Source: Candidatus Multivoradales bacterium (lineage in GTDB: Bacteria; Acidobacteriota; Thermoanaerobaculia; Multivoradales; JAHEKO01). Taken from it: DNA of 64,000 bases. The translations under genes and the position numbers were made by a program. Under the pieces are notes generated by a model, which ran no database searches, was not told where the DNA came from, and saw only the letters and a list, made by a program, of their open reading frames with translations. Shown here in pieces: positions 59,425-64,000 of this stretch (position 1 is the stretch's first letter; every line of letters begins with the position of its first letter). The stretch is from contig CBDFIJ010000004.1 in the NCBI GenBank assembly GCA_965248055.1, positions 3,232,001-3,296,000 of the forward strand. The letters are read 5' to 3'.

Positions 59425-59464
59425 TTAAAGATGACGTGTGTCTCATTATCGTTGGCAGGTTCCG

Positions 59465-59760
59465 CTATCGCCTTCTGCCGCTCGTTTTTCCGCTGGTACA
59501 ACACCCAGCACCGTCACGCCGGCATCGCCATGCTGACACCCGAAGATGTCCACTACGGCAAGGCCGACCACAAGCTCAAGATCCGTCAACTGGCCCTTGA
59601 CCAAGCTTGGCGAAACAACCCACAGCGATTTGTCCGTGGAAGACCGACCGTTCAGCTATTACCGAGGGCCGTCTGGATCAACCCACCCAAACATCAGCGC
59701 ACCAAGGAGGTTGTCCCGATTCACTAATTAATTCTGCCAACTGTCTCAAAGTTGTTGACA
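59465..59760 (+). pseudogene. 3' remnant of a related IS3 element with its right end
   Basis: FCRSFFRWYNTQHRHAGIAMLTPEDVHYG..VWINPP paralogous to the OrfB end; ends TGTCTCAAAGTTGTTGACA. Confidence 0.85.
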
Positions 59761-59767
59761 GGTTCCG

Positions 59768-60839
59768 CTTTTGGACGCTGACTTGGGCCCGTCTGATCTT
59801 TGGATCGTCGTCACGAAGCCATCGGTGAGGGTGAACTCGGGTTCGGGCAGGCCCGCGGCAACGCATTTCCGGATCATGTCGCGAGTGCCGGTGCCCATGC
59901 GCTCGATGTATTTGGTGAGGTAGAGCGGTTCGGCGAGCAGCGGGTTACCGGGAATGGAACTGTGAGGCTGGCGCAGCTTGTCTAGGGTGAGCGCTGCGGG
60001 GAGAGTGCCGGGATTCCAGACCTCCAGCCGGTCTGTGAAGAGCATGACCTGGACGCTGCCATTGCTGTTGTAGTCGCGGTGGGCGACGGCGTTGACAATG
60101 GCTTCGGCGACCACATCACGCGGAATTTCGTATTCGACGGGCGCCTGCGGTCCTTGCACCCGGGTGCCGACGCTGAGGTTGATCTTGGACATCACGAAGT
60201 CGATAGCCTGATCCACCAGCTCGAAGGCAGTGCCCTTGTAGACCTGGTGGGAGGGAATGGGCTTGGCGGAAGGGGAAAGTTGCGCGCCTTGCGGGCGCGG
60301 GGCACGAAGCGGGCGATGTGCTCTGGATCGAGGTCGTCGAGGGAGGCCTTGCGAGCCGCGCGGGCGTCCCAAGGGGCACGGTTGAGACTACCGGTTTCCT
60401 CAAGGTAGTCGACGAGACTGGCATAGACGTCGGGCAGCAGGTCCGTGGATTGCTGGAAGCGTCGGCGCACGAGTTGGTTGCCAACTTCACGAACCAGCGT
60501 CTGCATTTCCGGGTGCTTGTTTTCGTCACTAGCGCCTTTGACGAAGATCAGTCGGGTCTTGCCGAGGTCGGTGGCATGGTTGAACTCTCGGTGGGTAGGC
60601 GAGAGCCCGTCCGGGTTCTCCCATCCATACTCATCGCCGAACAGGCCGAGGTAAACATCGCACTTTGCGACTTGATCGAGGTAGACCTCGTCTGGCTGAC
60701 GGTCTGAAGCCGGAACATCGCGCTCAAACAAGAATGCCTCGAAGAAACGTCGTAGCAACGGATCGTTGGAGAGATACTCTGCCAGTGCTTTCCGCTCTTC
60801 GGCGAACTCCTTCTGCACACTGCTGATGAAGATCTTCAT
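59768..60839 (-). pseudogene. DUF4062 + HATPase/RecG-C-like protein, split and 3'-truncated
   Basis: MKIFISSVQKEF (DUF4062-like); frame change near 60270; EAIVNAVAHRDY, IERMGTG; runs into the IS3 remnant. Confidence 0.75.
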
Positions 60840-62400
60840 GCGGTGATACCGATCTTTTCCAGAATCTTCCGCAGGTCCTTGTCGGTCTTCTGGGCCTCGC
60901 CCTCAATCGCATTCAGTTCCGCGACGATCTCCACAATCGGCCGATAGGTCTCGGCGTCGGCTGTGTGGATGTAGCGGCTGGGGGATATGTTGTAGTCGGT
61001 TTTTTTCAGCTTTGCATGATCGACGATGCGGCTGAGTTTTTCTTCTTCCTTCCAGTTGGCGAGGACATCGGCGATGCGGTCGATCCCCTCGGGCGGGAGG
61101 AAGTTCTTGGGGTCTCCCTTTTTGAAGACCTGACTGGCGTTGACGAGCAGGACCTTACCTGCCCGAGTCTTGGGCTTGTCCCGGTTGAGAAAGAGGACGA
61201 TGCCCGGGGCGGGAGTGTTGTAGAACAGGTTCTCGGGCAGGTAGAGGACGCTCTCGATGAGGTCGTGGTCGACGAACCACTGGCGGACGGTTTTTCCTTG
61301 TCGGTATTCGCATTACCCGAACCGCGGGAGGCGGCGCCGGTGTCGAGCACCACGGCGGCGCGGCCCTCGGGCTTGAGGCTGGCGTGTATGTGTTGCACCC
61401 ATCCCCAGTCGGCCGAGGATTTACCAGGGAAGCCGGCCCCGGCGGGGAAGCGGTCTAGTTCGTCAGCGTCGTAGTCTTTCTCAGAGTACTCCTTCTGGTT
61501 CCACATCGGGTTGGCGACTACGCGGTCGAAGGTGCGCAGTTTGCCGCGCCTGCGGAACTTGGGATTCTTGAAGGTGTCGCCGATCTCGATCTGACCCTCC
61601 ATGTCGTGGATGATCATGTTCATGTTGGCCATGGCCCAGGTTTCGGGGATGTATTCTTGCCCGTAGAGTTTGAGCGGGGCGAAAGTACGCTTCTTCTGGC
61701 CCTTGGTCTTCGATTCCATGGCGATCTCGCACTTGATAAGCAGACCGCCGGAACCGCAGCATGGGTCGTAGATATCCATGCCGGGCTCGGGAGCCAGCAC
61801 CTTAGCCATGATCTCGCCGACTTCGGGTGGGGTATAGAACTCGCCGGCGCTCCTGCCGCTGCCTTCAGCAAATTTGCGGATCAAGTATTCGTAGCTCTTG
61901 CCGATGATGTCGGCTTCCACGTCGTCGAGTCCCAGGCGCTTGGTGCTGATGGCCTCGATGAGGTTGGAGAGGCGGTCGTCGTCGAGATCACGCTGGCCGT
62001 GGGTAGTGGCGTTGAAGTCAACGCGGTCGATGATGCCCTGCAGCAGCGGGTTTTGCTTGGCAATCGCCCGCATGTGGCTGGTGACGCCTTCGCCGATCTT
62101 GTCTGAGAGCTTACGGATGACCGACCAAACGGGCTGCTCAGGGTCCTTCGGTACCAGTGGCAGATAAAAGCGGACCAGCTTGTGGTCGGCTTTGGCGAGT
62201 AGGAAGGCCTTGTCGCGCGAACCGACCTCGGCGGCGATGCGGTTTATCTCGTCGTCAAAAACGTCGCACAGGCGCTTGGTGAAGACAAGCGGCAGGATGT
62301 AGTCCTTGTACTTGGGCGCGTCCTTAGCCCCGCGGATAGAGCAGGCGGCATCCCAGATCCAGGATTCGAGGGATTTGACCTTGTCGCTGCTCTTGCCCAT
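60836..62400 (-). pseudogene. hsdM: Type I restriction-modification methyltransferase with one frameshift
   Basis: AGEFYTP, YDPCCGSGG, VANPMW; after KEK at the A-run near 61290 the HsdM tail (LPENLFYNT..YNISPSRYI) continues in another frame to a stop at 60836. Confidence 0.85.
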
Positions 62401-62470
62401 TTCTTTGTTCGCGCTCAGTTGGCCAATTATCTACGCTTTGGCAGTTTGAGATGTGAAGTGGTGCGTCTGC

Positions 62471-63298
62471 TTAGGCTACCGGAGGAGCGTCAGCTTCTTC
62501 CAGCGCCTTGCCGAATCTGGGTCTCCACCAGAGTTCGATCGGTCCCAGCAGGACATACGCCGAGCCAATCACGAACAGGGTGACGGAGGGTTTGGCGAGA
62601 ATGGCGACGAAGCAGATTGCTGCGAAGGTGAGGAAGCGATTGCTGGATTGGAGCGAGATCTCTTTTCCGGTGCGATAGGGGATGCCGCTGACCATCAGCA
62701 GGGCCAGGGTGACCAGGCCGAGACCGATGACATAGGCGGGTACGTTGGTTTCGATTCCCGACTCTTGCAGGGTGCCAGCAAACCAAGCGGTGGTGGCAAC
62801 CATTCCGGCTGCGGCTGGGCTGGGGAGTCCTTGAAAGCGATTCTTGTAGCGACCGGCGGAGACGTTGAAGCGCGCCAAGCGCAGGCCGGCGCAGACCACG
62901 TAGGCAAACGCCACCACCCAGCCGCTCCAGCCCAAGTCGCTCAGCCTGCCGAAGTGAAAGGTAAGCAAGGCAGGGGCAACGCCGAAGGACACGGTGTCGG
63001 CGACTGAGTCGTACTCCGCTCCGAAGCGGGTTGCGACTCCCTGGGCCCGCGCCACTCGGCCATCCAGCAGGTCACAAGCCATAGCGAGCCAAATCGCGAT
63101 CACCGCCTGATCGAGGTCGCCCTGGGCTGAACGCACGACGGCAAAGAATCCCGCCGCCAGATTGGTGGTGGTTAATATGTGGGGGATCAGCGTCGCTGGG
63201 TTACGTCGTGGGTGTTCGGATCGATCATGAGGCGTTGCGGGTTTGATATCAGCTCGCTTGGTGCCCTCAGTACCAGCCCGGTGCGAAATCAAAGTCAT
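62471..63298 (-). CDS. pssA: CDP-diacylglycerol--serine O-phosphatidyltransferase
   Basis: DLLDGRVAR..FGAEYDSVADTVSFGVAP, LRLARFN, FQGLPSP. Confidence 0.92.
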   Translation of the reverse strand: MTLISHRAGTEGTKRADIKPATPHDRSEHPRRNPATLIPHILTTTNLAAGFFAVVRSAQGDLDQAVIAIWLAMACDLLDGRVARAQGVATRFGAEYDSVADTVSFGVAPALLTFHFGRLSDLGWSGWVVAFAYVVCAGLRLARFNVSAGRYKNRFQGLPSPAAAGMVATTAWFAGTLQESGIETNVPAYVIGLGLVTLALLMVSGIPYRTGKEISLQSSNRFLTFAAICFVAILAKPSVTLFVIGSAYVLLGPIELWWRPRFGKALEEADAPPVA

Positions 63299-63996
63299 GA
63301 ATCTTGCGCAGGCATTTTCGCCAAAATTGTGCTGCCACCGCGTACCCGTCGTCCTGGGGTGACCAGCGGCTCGGCTTCAGTCGGCAACACCACGTCGGTT
63401 CGCGAGCCAAAGCGAATCAGGCCGTAGCGTTGGCCGCGCTCTAGCCACTCTCCTACCTGGGGATGGCAGACGATGCGCCGGGCGATCAGTCCGGTAATCT
63501 GCACCACCTGAAAGCGCACTCCAGTGTCGGTGGTCAAAGTCATCGCGCAGCGCACATTGTCGGTCAGCGCTCGACGATCGAACGCTGGACGTTTGCGAGT
63601 ACCGGCTCTCTGGATCGATTCCACCCGACCGCTCAAGGGCACGCGGTTGACGTGGACATTGAAGACCGAAAGGAAGATACCGATGCGCAGCCCCGGGGTA
63701 CCGTTTTCGTCAACCGTCTCGCTGACCTCGATGATGCGGCCATCGGCTGGGGCGATCACGTCTTTTGGGTCGCCCGGAATGGTTCGCTGCGGGTTGCGAA
63801 AAAAGGCTAGAAAGAAGACCGCCAATCCACCGATTATTAGGGCAGGCCAGGTCCATCCAGCCCAGGCAGCCAGTGTGGCCAGCAAAGCGGCCGCGGCTGC
63901 CGGAATCCAGGCGTCCGGCACGATTCGCGCGGTCGGCCGTTCGCGAAAATGAGGGTTGCCAGGAGAGGCCGGCCGTGAGTCAAGGGTTTGCGACAT
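63295..63996 (-). CDS. psd: Phosphatidylserine decarboxylase proenzyme
   Basis: FFRNPQR, APADG, FLSVFNVHVNR, GLIARRI, RFGSR. Confidence 0.93.
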   Translation of the reverse strand: MSQTLDSRPASPGNPHFRERPTARIVPDAWIPAAAAALLATLAAWAGWTWPALIIGGLAVFFLAFFRNPQRTIPGDPKDVIAPADGRIIEVSETVDENGTPGLRIGIFLSVFNVHVNRVPLSGRVESIQRAGTRKRPAFDRRALTDNVRCAMTLTTDTGVRFQVVQITGLIARRIVCHPQVGEWLERGQRYGLIRFGSRTDVVLPTEAEPLVTPGRRVRGGSTILAKMPAQDS

Positions 63997-64000
63997 GGTC

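Larger units (their letters stand above)
57873..59457 (+). mobile_element. IS3-family element
   Basis: IRs TGCCAACATGAGTGAGACAC and GTGTCTCATTATCGTTGGCA; orfA with orfB in the -1 frame. Confidence 0.82.

Noticed and set aside
1-64000. tRNA or rRNA genes
   Set aside because: None recognised by eye in the intergenic regions; a covariance search was not possible.

Overview
A roughly 59% GC bacterial chromosome segment. Gene content and order resemble Acidobacteriota (my inference, not checked). Positions 1-46 kb are mostly housekeeping: dnaJ-prmA-rsmE, pilT-recX-alaS, ffh-rpsP-khpA-rimM-trmD-rplS-rnhB, two isocitrate dehydrogenases, sucCD-ndk-pcnB, plus a few accessory genes. Positions 46-62 kb are a plasticity hotspot around sdhCAB. 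Main observations: (1) downstream of sdhB, two diverged, in-frame copies of the sdhB 3' end (125 and 163 bp, about 90% identical, mostly synonymous changes) separate three sub-kilobase cargo modules (MNT-HEPN pair, DUF4160-DUF2442 pair, an orphan ORF), forming a cassette-like array with no integrase in the window; (2) a complete IS621-like IS110 element whose bridge-RNA guide segments, CT core, REP-like target and circle-junction promoter can all be read from the sequence; (3) a family of GTCATCC repeats with covarying cGNAg mini-hairpins; (4) nested IS110/IS256/IS3 elements next to a decayed type I restriction-modification locus. All calls come from motif recognition by eye; no searches were run.
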